From the IMG/VR virus record IMGVR_UViG_3300027708_000012, positions 1-64,000 of that record: DNA of 64,000 nt, one strand, 5' to 3'. The notes beneath the pieces were generated by a model, which had not been told where the DNA came from, searched no databases, and saw only the letters and a program-made list of their open reading frames with translations. Shown here in pieces: positions 34,772 to 45,111 of the stretch. A program made the position numbers and the translations under genes. Position 1 is the stretch's first letter. The number at the start of each line of letters is the position of its first letter.

Positions 34772-34820
34772 AACTTTATTTATCGATTAAAATAAAGTGA
34801 GTACTTAATGAATAGTCGTA

Positions 34821-34845
34821 AAAAAACCCACCTAAGTGGGTTTTT
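34821..34845 (-). terminator. intrinsic (bidirectional-looking) terminator after tail tube
   Basis: AAAAACCCAC-CTAA-GTGGGTTTTT. Confidence 0.85.
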
Positions 34846-34851
34846 AAGCTA

Positions 34852-35481
34852 TTAGCTACCTAATATACTAGTTCCGCCTGGGAATTTTTGTACTGTTTGT
34901 GCTGCGCCAAGACCTTTTGTTGGTGTAGTCTGGATTGCGTTATCAAATCTAATTGTTAAATCAATCATTGCTGCGCCAGCTTCGCTATACTTGATATCAT
35001 TGTAGTTTGTTTTTTCAACGTAGCAACCGTAACATTCCCATACTTCTAAACTAGTAGGAGTTGTTGAGCCGTTGCCGCCGTCTAACATTTCAATACGCAT
35101 AGTGAACTTATAATCTAAGCCGCTAGCTGCACTGCTTTGTTCAAAGAAGTCAAATTGTTTTTGTACTTGTTCGCCAACTAGTGTAGTTACAGCATTAGTA
35201 GAATCGTCACGTAGTTTAACTGTGATTGGTTCCCATGTGTACTTACCAGCATAGTTAATTTTGCTGTTGTAAACATCAATAACTGTATTAGCGAATGAAA
35301 CGCTTGGTCTTACTGCTTCACTTACTTGTTTAGTAAGTTCAGTTGTTGAACCACTTACGCCAAAATTTTCAAAACTAATTCTAAAACGATATTTTAGTTT
35401 TGGCATTAGCATACCTTGAGAGCTTGCGCTCTGGTCGGATGCTAATGGTACTGTAAAGTTTGATAGAGATGCGATTGCCAT
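34852..35481 (-). CDS. gp19: tail tube protein
   Basis: PKLKYRFR, YAGK.TW, W.CYGC, IRFDNA; follows the sheath gene. Confidence 0.85.
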   Translation of the reverse strand: MAIASLSNFTVPLASDQSASSQGMLMPKLKYRFRISFENFGVSGSTTELTKQVSEAVRPSVSFANTVIDVYNSKINYAGKYTWEPITVKLRDDSTNAVTTLVGEQVQKQFDFFEQSSAASGLDYKFTMRIEMLDGGNGSTTPTSLEVWECYGCYVEKTNYNDIKYSEAGAAMIDLTIRFDNAIQTTPTKGLGAAQTVQKFPGGTSILGS

Positions 35482-35495
35482 TTAAATTCTCCTAA

Positions 35496-38400
35496 TTATT
35501 TGCCAAGGCCTTTGATTGCCCCAGTGTTCTCTAAACGCAATGGAATGTAAATAAACTCCACAGATTTTACTGGTTCAATGGCTATGTCGACGTGTAACTC
35601 GTTACGGTCGATTCTAGCTGGTGTGTTATTACTTGCATCACAAACTACAAGATAATCATAAAGTGCTCGTTGGCCAACTAAGCCCAACAAGAACGCTTCG
35701 ACTTGCTGTTTGATTTCATTACGTGTAATAGTATCGTTTGGTTCAAATATAAACGGTTTAGCAATTTGATTTAATTGATAACGCATATAAATTACCAATC
35801 TTGCAACGTTGATACGATCCAATGAACTTGGTACAAGTTGACGGGTTTTTTGTCCGTATACAACAAGTCCTGTTCCGGCAAGATATGTAATTGGATTAAC
35901 GTGTACAGCTGCAAGCGTATCGCGTTGTCCAACGTTCAATGCTACTGTGTGGAACTCACCAGTGGCACCATCTACATAACCAACTGAGCTAGCATTTGTT
36001 ACACCGCCACGGCGTACACCGGCTGGTGCAAACCATGGATAGCTAACTTGGTCACTTAGTGCAATTGTGCGCAACATGATATGGCTTGGAGGAACAACAA
36101 TGTTATTACCTGTCAAGTCTGTTGTGTATGCCCAAGGATAATAAACAGCACTATAGCTATTTGTAGCAATTAGACCAGTTTCGTCATCAATTGCTGCACC
36201 AGCAGTGTTGTTACCCCAGTTGCTTAATGTTGTAGCATCTGGTGTTAAACGTGCTGGAGGATCCATAACGATAAATGCTGATATGCCGTTATCTGTATTT
36301 AATCCTACTAGTGCGCTGTATGTTTCCAAGTAACCTGGGCAAGCTAACAAGTTATAGATAACTGTGTCAGGTTGACGAATACCTTGGTTTGACATAATAG
36401 TAGCTTCAAGTGCTTTTAATACTACTGCACGTTGAGCCTTACGTCCAAACTGTCCAACACCTTTCAAATCGTTAGGAGCATCGGACACCCAGCGATCTGG
36501 GAAATAACCAGTCATTGGCTCGCCTGCTGGGTATACATCGCCTGCTGTATAGTGTGTATTCACCGCTGTAGTATCAATGTGGTTAACAACATATTTCTTA
36601 ACGTTAAATCCGCTGCGACGTAGATTAAACAACAATGTACCTTTTGGATACAATGCTGGATCCGGACAATCTGGATCAACAAAATTGTATGTTAATAGTT
36701 TAGCAATTGGATCTGGAACGATATCATCGCCAGCACCACTCCAACGTGCGTCGGCAAATACAATACCTTGGTTAGTTGTTTGATCTGTATTGTCAATCAA
36801 TACCCACTTCTGAGTTAATCCGTTGAATTTGTAAATTGTTGGATATTCTTCTAAGTTGTGTGGGTTAACCCAAATGTCACCGTTGGCCAATATTCCACCA
36901 GTACTTTGTAGTGTTGGCATTGAGCTGCTAATTATTGGACCATTAGGATCAGTTACAACTGCACCACCGGATGGATAAACTGATTGGTTGTATGCTTGAG
37001 CTGTTGTATCTAGATAACCAGTCCACATAGTTCCATTATTAAACATGATATCAATATCTTCTAACGAAGTATTGTACCATAATGTACCATCTGCTGGTTT
37101 TGTTGATGGAGGAACTGAACTTGGAATTGCAAATCCTTCGCCTGACATGCCAACAGTACTTGCCCACAAGCTGGCAATGTATACTGAACTATCCGCCCAA
37201 GTAATTCCGCTTTCTTGATTTTCATCTATAACAGCTGCTGAAACATTGTAGTATGGTGTAGTTCCAACTGTAAATAATTTACCAAGTGTGTAACCATCAT
37301 CCATAAACATAATATCGCCACCAGTTGTATGAGTAAGTGTGATACTGTTATTTGGATTTAATGTTGCTGTAACATAAGTGCCTTCTAACATTGATTGCAA
37401 TTCTGTAACCAATGTAATTGCATCATTTGCACCATTACCAGTTCCAGTAAAATCAATTAAGATTGAGTCAGATAATGTGCTTGATCCTGGGCTTGTTAGC
37501 TTCATCATAAATGCATATGCGCTGCCGCCATCGTCACCTGTAGGTGTAAACGATGAATTAGTAATGATTGAACTAGTAATAGCTGTTGCACCAGATGCCG
37601 CACGATAGTACAGTTTAAAATCTGCATAAGGTGTATCTGGATGCTCGTCATCATTGTACTTGACAAACACTGTATTAACTGGAAGGTTAATACCGCCACC
37701 TTTTGGATCTAATGCGGCTAGTGCTGTGTATGTATCAGGGAACATTTTAATTGGTTGTTTGATCCAGCTGTTTGAAGCAGCATTATAGCGTTTGAGTGTC
37801 CACTCTGCTCCTAAGTTTACTGGAGTTGTTTTAATCCAAACACTTCCTGTAGGATTACCATTAGCTGTTCCTGCATTGTTATATGTGCCATATTCAGGTA
37901 CTGAAGTATGTGCGCTGATTGTTAGTGCAGGTGATAGGTAAACATTATTAACTGTGTTAAAACCAAGTTTAGTAGCTGTTGTACCGCTCAGTGTCAAGCT
38001 ACCCATTGGTGCACCGTCGTAACCATTGCCAGTACCATCAGAATATAAATTTAATTTGCCATTGATGTTAGCAGCTCTGATATCAGGATCTTCAGCAAGA
38101 TTAATTGCTGTTACTAACTGGTTAATAGTAGTTACGCCGCCGATTGAAACACCATTGATAACTAGTGTATCGCCTGGGGGTGTTAACGTTCCGGATAGGC
38201 CATTTAATGCAAGATCTGGTCCGCTAATAATTAAACCTAAGTCGCCATTTGCTCCAGTAATAGTGTGTCCGTCAAGAGCAGTACCTGTTCCTGAAATAAC
38301 CCAATCGCTAATATGTAATGTGCTCAGGCTATACATACTTCCATAGTTACCAGAAGTAATGTGTAACGTAGTACCAGACGACCCACTGTAACCACCAGTG

Positions 38401-39188
38401 CCTGGTGTATCATCTACATACCCAGTAAACGATAATGGACTAGCTTCTGAACCAGGAATTAATGTTACGTTGGCGTTACTAGCTGTTGCTGTTGGCCAAG
38501 CTAATGACCAGTTTGGATCTCCAACTTTTACCCAAGTTCCGCCTGGAGTATTAGTTGTATATTTTTTGTGCCATAAAATGTTTAAAGTAGTAACGCTAAC
38601 CATTGCATAGTCACCTGCTGTGCCTACTGTAGGAAGCGGTGCATATGTACTAGTATTAACTAGTGCAATGTCTGTTATAACTGTAACTTTTTGATGTTGG
38701 AATGTTTGGCCATCGCCTGCGCCAGCTGGAGTTGAATTCCACTGAAATACTCCAAGGTTTGTAGCACTTGTATCCAACCACCATGTGCCATCTACTGGTA
38801 AACCTTTTGGAGCTGTTGCTGTACCAATTAGTTGTTTAGTGTCTACATCAGCACGTACTACGTATGCCTGATTACTTACTCCCAAGAAGCTATAAGCAGC
38901 TTGTAGTCCGTATTCATTGATCTCGCCTGCGTGTACAGGATTATTTTCTGCGTCAGTTTGGAAATAAGGAATACCAAAAGTACTTCCTAAATCTGCTTGA
39001 CTTGTTAGCAAGTATACTTTGCCAGCATTTGTTGCCATCGTGCCAGGAGCGATTCCAGTACCAGCTGAATTTTCTTTATCTTGTTGGCTAGCAACAATGA
39101 TCAAAGGTACAGTTCCTGGGGCTGCTGGAGTGTAAAACGATTCGTCTACTACTGATACGCTTACACCGGGTGAACTTAATTGTGCCAT
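35496..39188 (-). CDS. gp18: tail sheath protein with large central insertion (1230 aa)
   Basis: SPGVSV...DES N-terminus; PWFAPAG..RG, VNPI, YGQKT, LDRINVARL, FIFEPND, P.K..EFIYI C-terminus. Confidence 0.95.
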   Translation of the reverse strand: MAQLSSPGVSVSVVDESFYTPAAPGTVPLIIVASQQDKENSAGTGIAPGTMATNAGKVYLLTSQADLGSTFGIPYFQTDAENNPVHAGEINEYGLQAAYSFLGVSNQAYVVRADVDTKQLIGTATAPKGLPVDGTWWLDTSATNLGVFQWNSTPAGAGDGQTFQHQKVTVITDIALVNTSTYAPLPTVGTAGDYAMVSVTTLNILWHKKYTTNTPGGTWVKVGDPNWSLAWPTATASNANVTLIPGSEASPLSFTGYVDDTPGTGGYSGSSGTTLHITSGNYGSMYSLSTLHISDWVISGTGTALDGHTITGANGDLGLIISGPDLALNGLSGTLTPPGDTLVINGVSIGGVTTINQLVTAINLAEDPDIRAANINGKLNLYSDGTGNGYDGAPMGSLTLSGTTATKLGFNTVNNVYLSPALTISAHTSVPEYGTYNNAGTANGNPTGSVWIKTTPVNLGAEWTLKRYNAASNSWIKQPIKMFPDTYTALAALDPKGGGINLPVNTVFVKYNDDEHPDTPYADFKLYYRAASGATAITSSIITNSSFTPTGDDGGSAYAFMMKLTSPGSSTLSDSILIDFTGTGNGANDAITLVTELQSMLEGTYVTATLNPNNSITLTHTTGGDIMFMDDGYTLGKLFTVGTTPYYNVSAAVIDENQESGITWADSSVYIASLWASTVGMSGEGFAIPSSVPPSTKPADGTLWYNTSLEDIDIMFNNGTMWTGYLDTTAQAYNQSVYPSGGAVVTDPNGPIISSSMPTLQSTGGILANGDIWVNPHNLEEYPTIYKFNGLTQKWVLIDNTDQTTNQGIVFADARWSGAGDDIVPDPIAKLLTYNFVDPDCPDPALYPKGTLLFNLRRSGFNVKKYVVNHIDTTAVNTHYTAGDVYPAGEPMTGYFPDRWVSDAPNDLKGVGQFGRKAQRAVVLKALEATIMSNQGIRQPDTVIYNLLACPGYLETYSALVGLNTDNGISAFIVMDPPARLTPDATTLSNWGNNTAGAAIDDETGLIATNSYSAVYYPWAYTTDLTGNNIVVPPSHIMLRTIALSDQVSYPWFAPAGVRRGGVTNASSVGYVDGATGEFHTVALNVGQRDTLAAVHVNPITYLAGTGLVVYGQKTRQLVPSSLDRINVARLVIYMRYQLNQIAKPFIFEPNDTITRNEIKQQVEAFLLGLVGQRALYDYLVVCDASNNTPARIDRNELHVDIAIEPVKSVEFIYIPLRLENTGAIKGLGK

Positions 39189-39292
39189 ATTTTTATCTCC
39201 ATGAGTACATGTTCTTGTATGTATTTATAGTATTTTGAGTTTTTATATGACTTATAGCATACGAAAAGGTTACGAAAAGGCTTAAATAAAAT

Positions 39293-39619
39293 ATGAGACC
39301 ATTATGTTCGTGCGGCCGAGGGCCGGTTGCTATCAATTATTATAAAGAAGGTGTGGCTTTTTATAGAAGCCAGTGCGGCCCGTGTTTACGGGGTGTAAAA
39401 GTTGCCCGCTGGCAACGGGCTGGCTATAAACAAAAATCGCAATGTGAAAAATGTGGGTTTAAATCACTCCACACCGAGGTGTTCAGTGTGTTTCATGTTG
39501 ACGGCGACTTAAACAATTGTAGACCAGCAAATTTAAAAACTGTATGTTCTAACTGTGCTAGGGTGTTGCATAAAGAAGGTGTTAAGTGGCGGCAAGGGGA
39601 CTTAGTTGCTGATTTATAA
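39293..39619 (+). CDS. small zinc-binding HNH-like protein
   Basis: CxC, CxxC, CEKC, HVDG..NNC...NL...CSNC. Confidence 0.7.
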   Translation: MRPLCSCGRGPVAINYYKEGVAFYRSQCGPCLRGVKVARWQRAGYKQKSQCEKCGFKSLHTEVFSVFHVDGDLNNCRPANLKTVCSNCARVLHKEGVKWRQGDLVADL

Positions 39620-40238
39620 TAGTCAATACTTGCTCATATAAAGCATCGATGGTAGAATTGTTATCTAGTACCGCATCAAATTCTGTTCCAACCCATGCAG
39701 TTTCGCTAGCGTGAATTTTTAAGCGTTTAATACGTTCGCTACTGATAGCATAACTCATATTTCTGTCGCCTGCGTTCATATTGATTGCGTCATCGTACCA
39801 GTCAGGCTCAGGGCCTCGAACAACCCGCACTACAATGCCTCCGGCATCTTTAATTGATTTAATTTCGTTAGGAAAACGGCAATCACTGATAACAATGTCA
39901 TCAGTACTATTACGGAGTTTATTTTCTAGACTTGCAATCCATATATCGTCGTGGAATGCTTTGCGGCATACTTCCGTACCCCAATATTGTAGTACCCAAC
40001 GTGGTGTTAGATTAGGCATGTTTAAGCGTTCTGCCCACCATGGATCCACTTGTTCACGCCATTCGCGGGCTTGTTTTGTACGCCCTTCTAACATAGTACG
40101 GTCCCAACCAAAAACGTAAGCTACCGCATCTTTTAACGAGTTGGCAAAACTTTCACGTCGGTAACCGTGAAAATTAGTAAGATAATCCGCAATAGTGTCT
40201 TTGCCAGAGCCAATAAAACCGCACACACCTATAATCAT
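39582..40238 (-). CDS. gp1: deoxynucleoside monophosphate kinase
   Basis: IIGVCGFIGSGKDT, FANSLK, TPRWVLQ.WGTE, SDCRFPNE, H.SE. Confidence 0.92.
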   Translation of the reverse strand: MIIGVCGFIGSGKDTIADYLTNFHGYRRESFANSLKDAVAYVFGWDRTMLEGRTKQAREWREQVDPWWAERLNMPNLTPRWVLQYWGTEVCRKAFHDDIWIASLENKLRNSTDDIVISDCRFPNEIKSIKDAGGIVVRVVRGPEPDWYDDAINMNAGDRNMSYAISSERIKRLKIHASETAWVGTEFDAVLDNNSTIDALYEQVLTIINQQLSPLAAT

Positions 40239-40246
40239 AAAAACCT

Positions 40247-40765
40247 CTAAATATAATTAAAATTTATTACCATACGATATTGTTGATCAGTACAACTAGT
40301 ACCACTGTGTTTTTCGTTTGCTGAAAATATTAACATACGATTTGCTACACTAGATACAATTTGTTTATCGTTTTCAAAAATAGTATATCCATCATTATCA
40401 TTGATATAAAACACAGCGGTTTTTGATATAGTTGTTACATCATCATATGGTATATCTGTATGGTATCCGTGAATTTGAACACTATCAGTTCTTGGATTTA
40501 TATTAGCTTTTATTTTTATAATGAGCCTAGGCGTCGGTTGAATTCTTGCTAACAGCGGTTCTATTAAATCAAAAGATTGAGTGTGCTGTCTAGGTGTTTT
40601 ATAAAAAGCGTGACAAAGTTGCCAGTTGTTGATTGCACCTGTTAGTATTGTATATGGTTCTTCCAATACAGCGTCGAGGAACCAAGGAAACATATTAGAC
40701 GTCATTACCTGTTGAATTTTTTCAAATTCAGCAACAGGAAGGAAGTTATCAATTATTTGTCTCAT
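40247..40765 (-). CDS. 2OG-Fe(II) oxygenase family protein
   Basis: HGYHTD, distal KHSG, R.VINFN. Confidence 0.85.
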   Translation of the reverse strand: MRQIIDNFLPVAEFEKIQQVMTSNMFPWFLDAVLEEPYTILTGAINNWQLCHAFYKTPRQHTQSFDLIEPLLARIQPTPRLIIKIKANINPRTDSVQIHGYHTDIPYDDVTTISKTAVFYINDNDGYTIFENDKQIVSSVANRMLIFSANEKHSGTSCTDQQYRMVINFNYI

Positions 40766-40770
40766 AGTCT

Positions 40771-40799
40771 ATTATATAACAAATAGACTACAAGGTCAA
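40771..40799 (-). promoter_or_regulatory. sigma70-type promoter for oxygenase-dNMP kinase
   Basis: TTGACC-N17-TATAAT on the - strand. Confidence 0.75.
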
Positions 40800-40807
40800 G
40801 AAATTTA

Positions 40808-41593
40808 TTAGCCAGTTATGAAATAATACCCAGTTCCGCCAGCGGTAAAATCTAATAATTCTTTGTCAAGGCGCTCAAAATCTTCTTTAGCACTAGATTT
40901 CAAATCGTTGCCGTTCATCTGGATTGAGCTTCCTGGACCAGCTATTGATGCAAACTTTCCGCGAGCTTCTCCTAGCATCATTTTACAAGTTGCCAGAGCA
41001 TAGTCTTTCAACCATTGTTTTGCATATATATCTTGCAACAGCACCCAGTCTGGTCTATAGTTGTAGCTTTGTACAAGTATTTGCTCGCCCTGTGCAAACG
41101 GACGTTGTAAAATATCTAGTATATGACTGGTTGGTTTCCAGTTAAATTCTATGTAACTACCAAACATACGTCCTACTAGTTTTTGATAACCAGCAAAGGC
41201 ATCGTATGTTGCTAACCCGCCCATCATACTTCCTGACATCAAATATGTATTTGTATAAGCTAGGTTAAACGGCTCAAATAACGTACCACCCGCACCAATT
41301 CCACTTCTTGAGCCAATAGCTCTACGAAACACTTGACGCACTGTGATGATTTCATCAGGTAATCTATATTCATTTTGATCCTGTATAAGTTCCAAAAAAC
41401 TGTAACTTTCTTCTACAGCATTTGGGCTACGTTGTCTGTATCGGGTAAGTGCTCTATCTAATCCAGTTTCTAAATGGATAGGATCTAGCTCTACTTCGAT
41501 CATGCCGTCGCCCAGCATTGTTTTAATGTATTGAAATACATTATTTCTTTCTATAGTACTGTTTGATTGGGTACTTGATGCTAAATCATCCAT
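40808..41593 (-). CDS. gp13: neck protein (T4 gp13-like)
   Basis: LG...IEVELD..H, WLKDY.LA..K...G..R.KF, GGT..F..G. Confidence 0.85.
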   Translation of the reverse strand: MDDLASSTQSNSTIERNNVFQYIKTMLGDGMIEVELDPIHLETGLDRALTRYRQRSPNAVEESYSFLELIQDQNEYRLPDEIITVRQVFRRAIGSRSGIGAGGTLFEPFNLAYTNTYLMSGSMMGGLATYDAFAGYQKLVGRMFGSYIEFNWKPTSHILDILQRPFAQGEQILVQSYNYRPDWVLLQDIYAKQWLKDYALATCKMMLGEARGKFASIAGPGSSIQMNGNDLKSSAKEDFERLDKELLDFTAGGTGYYFITG

Positions 41594-41635
41594 ATTTTGA
41601 TCTCCTATGATATTTATCTTACCATAAATACTATC

Positions 41636-43096
41636 ATGCCAAGACTTTCATTATACAAACCCGAACGGGGTCCTGATTACAAATTTATTGACCGACAAGT
41701 GTCTGAAATGTTCCAAGTAGGGGGCACGGATGTTTATTGGCACAAATATCTAGGTTCAAACAACGATCCTAGCATGGCTACGGCTGATAAGCCTAACTAT
41801 GCTAATACAAATCCTTCAAATATTCAAGATTTGTTGCTGTTAGAAAACCGAGACAGGACCTACGATAAAACAATTTATAAAATAAGAGGTTTATATAATG
41901 TACAAAATATTGACTTTAATTTAAGTCAATTTGGTTTGTTTATTGATAATGATACATTGTACATGACTGTGCATATTAATGATTTTATACATTATCTTGG
42001 TCGTAAACCTATCAGTGGGGATGTAATAGAGTTACCTCATTTACGTGATGATTTTGCGTTAAATGAGTTTGATATTGGTATGCCGCGATATTATGTTGTA
42101 GAAGATGTAGGTCGTGCCAGCGAGGGATTTAGTGTTACTTGGTATGCGCACTTATATAGATTAAAACTAAAACGCATTACAGATAGTCAACAATTTCAAC
42201 AAATTTTTGACCAGCCTGCTAAAGATGCTAACGGCGATCCTACTAATCAGACATTACGTGATCTGATGAGCACGTACAATGCTGAGTTGGCAATCAACGA
42301 CGCTGTTATTAGACAAGCCGAAGCGGATGCCCCATTAAGCGGTTACGAAACCAGACAATTTTACACACTGGGAATAGATCCTGCCAACGGGACTCCAGTT
42401 ATACAAACAGCAGACCAAGATACAATCGATGCAAGTATTGCCAGCCAACTTGCTTCGGGTACATACGGGGTTGGACAAAAAACAGGTTATCAAGGATACC
42501 TAGTAGGCGACGGTTATCCTGTTAACGGGTATACATTTGGTTTTGGAATTAATTTTCCTACTAGTCCAGGTCCCGACGATTTCTTTTTAAGAGTTGATTT
42601 TTTACCTAATAGGTTGTTTAGATTTGATAGCGATTTAAATTCGTGGGTTGCTGTAGAAGATGCTGTTAGAATGACAATGACTCAAACTAACACTCGTAGT
42701 ACATTAAAAACTGGATTTATTAATAATGACGTATGGACATATAACGATGTTGTTACTACTGATTTTGCTACTCTAACAACTGGACAAACTACTATAGACA
42801 CACAGATTCCAGTTACGGTTACTGCAATGTATATTGTACTAAAGATAGGTATGCCAATGCAAGGTGTAACCGAGTACGATTACTCAATTGCAGACACTCG
42901 AGGACTCTTAACATCGTATCAATACACAAACAAATTAGGTATAACTAGTCTTAAATATAGAATTAATTTACCAGTAATTGATAATGTCCAGCAAACAATA
43001 CCATATGACGGGCAATGGACTATAACTATGTATAACCACAGAGAACGACAACGTCAAAGTCTTAGCAAAGTTCTCCGACCTAGTGCAGATTTTTAA
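41636..43096 (+). CDS. gp14: neck protein (T4 gp14-like, extended)
   Basis: Start reassigned to ATG 41636 after the ATAAATA box; QDLLLLENRDR.YD, LSQFGLF, GDVIELPHL. Confidence 0.75.
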   Translation: MPRLSLYKPERGPDYKFIDRQVSEMFQVGGTDVYWHKYLGSNNDPSMATADKPNYANTNPSNIQDLLLLENRDRTYDKTIYKIRGLYNVQNIDFNLSQFGLFIDNDTLYMTVHINDFIHYLGRKPISGDVIELPHLRDDFALNEFDIGMPRYYVVEDVGRASEGFSVTWYAHLYRLKLKRITDSQQFQQIFDQPAKDANGDPTNQTLRDLMSTYNAELAINDAVIRQAEADAPLSGYETRQFYTLGIDPANGTPVIQTADQDTIDASIASQLASGTYGVGQKTGYQGYLVGDGYPVNGYTFGFGINFPTSPGPDDFFLRVDFLPNRLFRFDSDLNSWVAVEDAVRMTMTQTNTRSTLKTGFINNDVWTYNDVVTTDFATLTTGQTTIDTQIPVTVTAMYIVLKIGMPMQGVTEYDYSIADTRGLLTSYQYTNKLGITSLKYRINLPVIDNVQQTIPYDGQWTITMYNHRERQRQSLSKVLRPSADF

Positions 43097-43107
43097 GGAT
43101 AATTAAA

Positions 43108-44640
43108 TTGGAATTCTTTTATGATGGTCAGATAAGACGCTATATTACACAGACTATTCGTGTGTTTAGTAATTTTGTTGTTCAATACGGTGACGGAAGT
43201 CTTCATCGTATACCGGTCATGTACGGTGATCCTGATAGACAAGTTGCTAATATTATTAGTCAAAATAGTTTAGGAAACAAAGTTAATAGTGTGCCAAGAA
43301 TTGCTATCTATGTTAAATCATTTGCCTTAGACAGAGAGCGTTTATCCGACTCAACATTTGTTGGAAAAATGCATATTCGTGAAAGAGACATGCAACTTGA
43401 TGAGACGGTTGGAAGTCCTACTTACGGACAAATGATTTATAATCAACAACAAGGGCGCAATTATACTATTGAAAGGTTGATGCCGACTCCATTTAAATTA
43501 ACCATGAGTTGTGATATATGGTCAAGTAGTACTGAACAAAAATTACAAATAATGGAACAAATTTTAGTTTTATTCAATCCTAGTTTAGAAATACAAACTA
43601 CCGATAATTATATAGACTGGACAAGTTTAAGCGTACTAAACTTAAACGATATAAATTGGTCAAGTCGAAGCGTACCAGTAGGTAATGATACGCCTATTGA
43701 AGTTGCTACTATAACTTTAGATACACCGGTGTGGATCAGCCCGCCAGTTAAAGTTAAACGCTTAGGTATTACTACAAAAATTGTAGCTAGTATTTGGAAT
43801 AATACTTCACAATCTAATGATAACTACATAGACGGTATTGCTTTTGATCCAATAGGCCCAACATCTGTATTTGATGCTGGAATAACTACCCTAGCTGGTA
43901 CTATAACAAATAACAATATAGAAGTTTATGCAAACAATGTAATATTATTAAATCCAGCAGAAAGTTTGGTTCCCCGAGAACCGACACTCGATGCGGTTCC
44001 TAAGCGTCAAGGCACACGACTTAGCTGGTTACCATTCTTATCTTCTACAAATGGAAAATATGTACCGGGAGCAAGTGCAATTTATCTTACGCAACCCGAC
44101 GGCACTTATGTCGTAGGCACATTTGTTGTTAACAGTCTTGATGAAGGCATATTAACTGTAGAATGGAACCCCGATACGCTTGTATCAAATACCGGTCTAG
44201 ACAGTAATGGCATTTTAGAAAATCAACCTGGGTATAATTTAGCCGTTAGTAATAGGCCTAATAGCCCTGGAACTATTGATGCTATCATAAATCCATTGAC
44301 ATTTAATCCTAGAAAATCTGGCGATCCTACTATAGGAACAAGATATCTTATTATTGAAGATGTAGGATTTGCCGGTGCTCCAGCAAACCCAATTACAGGT
44401 GCTCCAGCTGTTCCTGCTACTGAGACAGAAGCATGGGGATTATTATTAGCCAAGGCTAATGATATTATAGAATGGAATGGTACTGAGTGGAATGTTATAT
44501 TTGCATCTAGTCAGTATCCGCATACCATGATCTGGCAAACGAATATATATACTGGAGTTCAGTACAAGTGGAACGGTGTTTCCTGGTTAAAGAGCTTTGA
44601 AGGTGAATATACTCCAGAACTATGGAAAATCGTATTGTAA
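43108..44640 (+). CDS. gp15: tail terminator / sheath stabiliser (T4 gp15-like, extended)
   Basis: FFYD.QIRRY, P..YG, MPTPF, QI..LFNP; TTG start. Confidence 0.8.
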   Translation: MEFFYDGQIRRYITQTIRVFSNFVVQYGDGSLHRIPVMYGDPDRQVANIISQNSLGNKVNSVPRIAIYVKSFALDRERLSDSTFVGKMHIRERDMQLDETVGSPTYGQMIYNQQQGRNYTIERLMPTPFKLTMSCDIWSSSTEQKLQIMEQILVLFNPSLEIQTTDNYIDWTSLSVLNLNDINWSSRSVPVGNDTPIEVATITLDTPVWISPPVKVKRLGITTKIVASIWNNTSQSNDNYIDGIAFDPIGPTSVFDAGITTLAGTITNNNIEVYANNVILLNPAESLVPREPTLDAVPKRQGTRLSWLPFLSSTNGKYVPGASAIYLTQPDGTYVVGTFVVNSLDEGILTVEWNPDTLVSNTGLDSNGILENQPGYNLAVSNRPNSPGTIDAIINPLTFNPRKSGDPTIGTRYLIIEDVGFAGAPANPITGAPAVPATETEAWGLLLAKANDIIEWNGTEWNVIFASSQYPHTMIWQTNIYTGVQYKWNGVSWLKSFEGEYTPELWKIVL

Positions 44641-45071
44641 AAGAAGCTATTGTTTGTAGTGGTGCATTATTTTATGCTAAATCCACTCGAAGATTTTTGT
44701 TATTACAAAAAGCATCAGGTAAACATGAAGGCACATGGGGCCTAGTTGGTGGCACTAATATTACTGGCGAAACACCATGGCAAGGGTTACAACGAGAAGT
44801 AGCTGAAGAAATAGGAACAATTCCTACTATATTAAAAACTATTCCTTTAGAAACATTTGTATCTAACGATCGAGTGTTTAATTTTCACACATACTTGTGT
44901 GTGATCAAAGATGAATTTGTTCCTGTATTAAGTGACGAGCACCAAGGATGGGCGTGGGCAACAATAGATCGTGCGCCTAAACCACTACATCAAGGATTAC
45001 GTAATAGTTTTTCAAGTAAAACTATTCGTACTAAATTACAAACCGTATTTGATCTTGTTGATCTAATATAA
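44622..45071 (+). CDS. NUDIX hydrolase
   Basis: GG...GETPWQGLQREVAEEIG Nudix box. Confidence 0.85.
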   Translation: MENRIVKEAIVCSGALFYAKSTRRFLLLQKASGKHEGTWGLVGGTNITGETPWQGLQREVAEEIGTIPTILKTIPLETFVSNDRVFNFHTYLCVIKDEFVPVLSDEHQGWAWATIDRAPKPLHQGLRNSFSSKTIRTKLQTVFDLVDLI

Positions 45072-45097
45072 AAAAAGCCGCATAAAGCGGCTTTTTT
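45071..45097. terminator. bidirectional intrinsic terminator
   Basis: AAAAAAGCCGC-ATAAA-GCGGCTTTTTT between convergent genes. Confidence 0.9.
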
Positions 45098-45111
45098 GTC
45101 TTTGTAACCTC

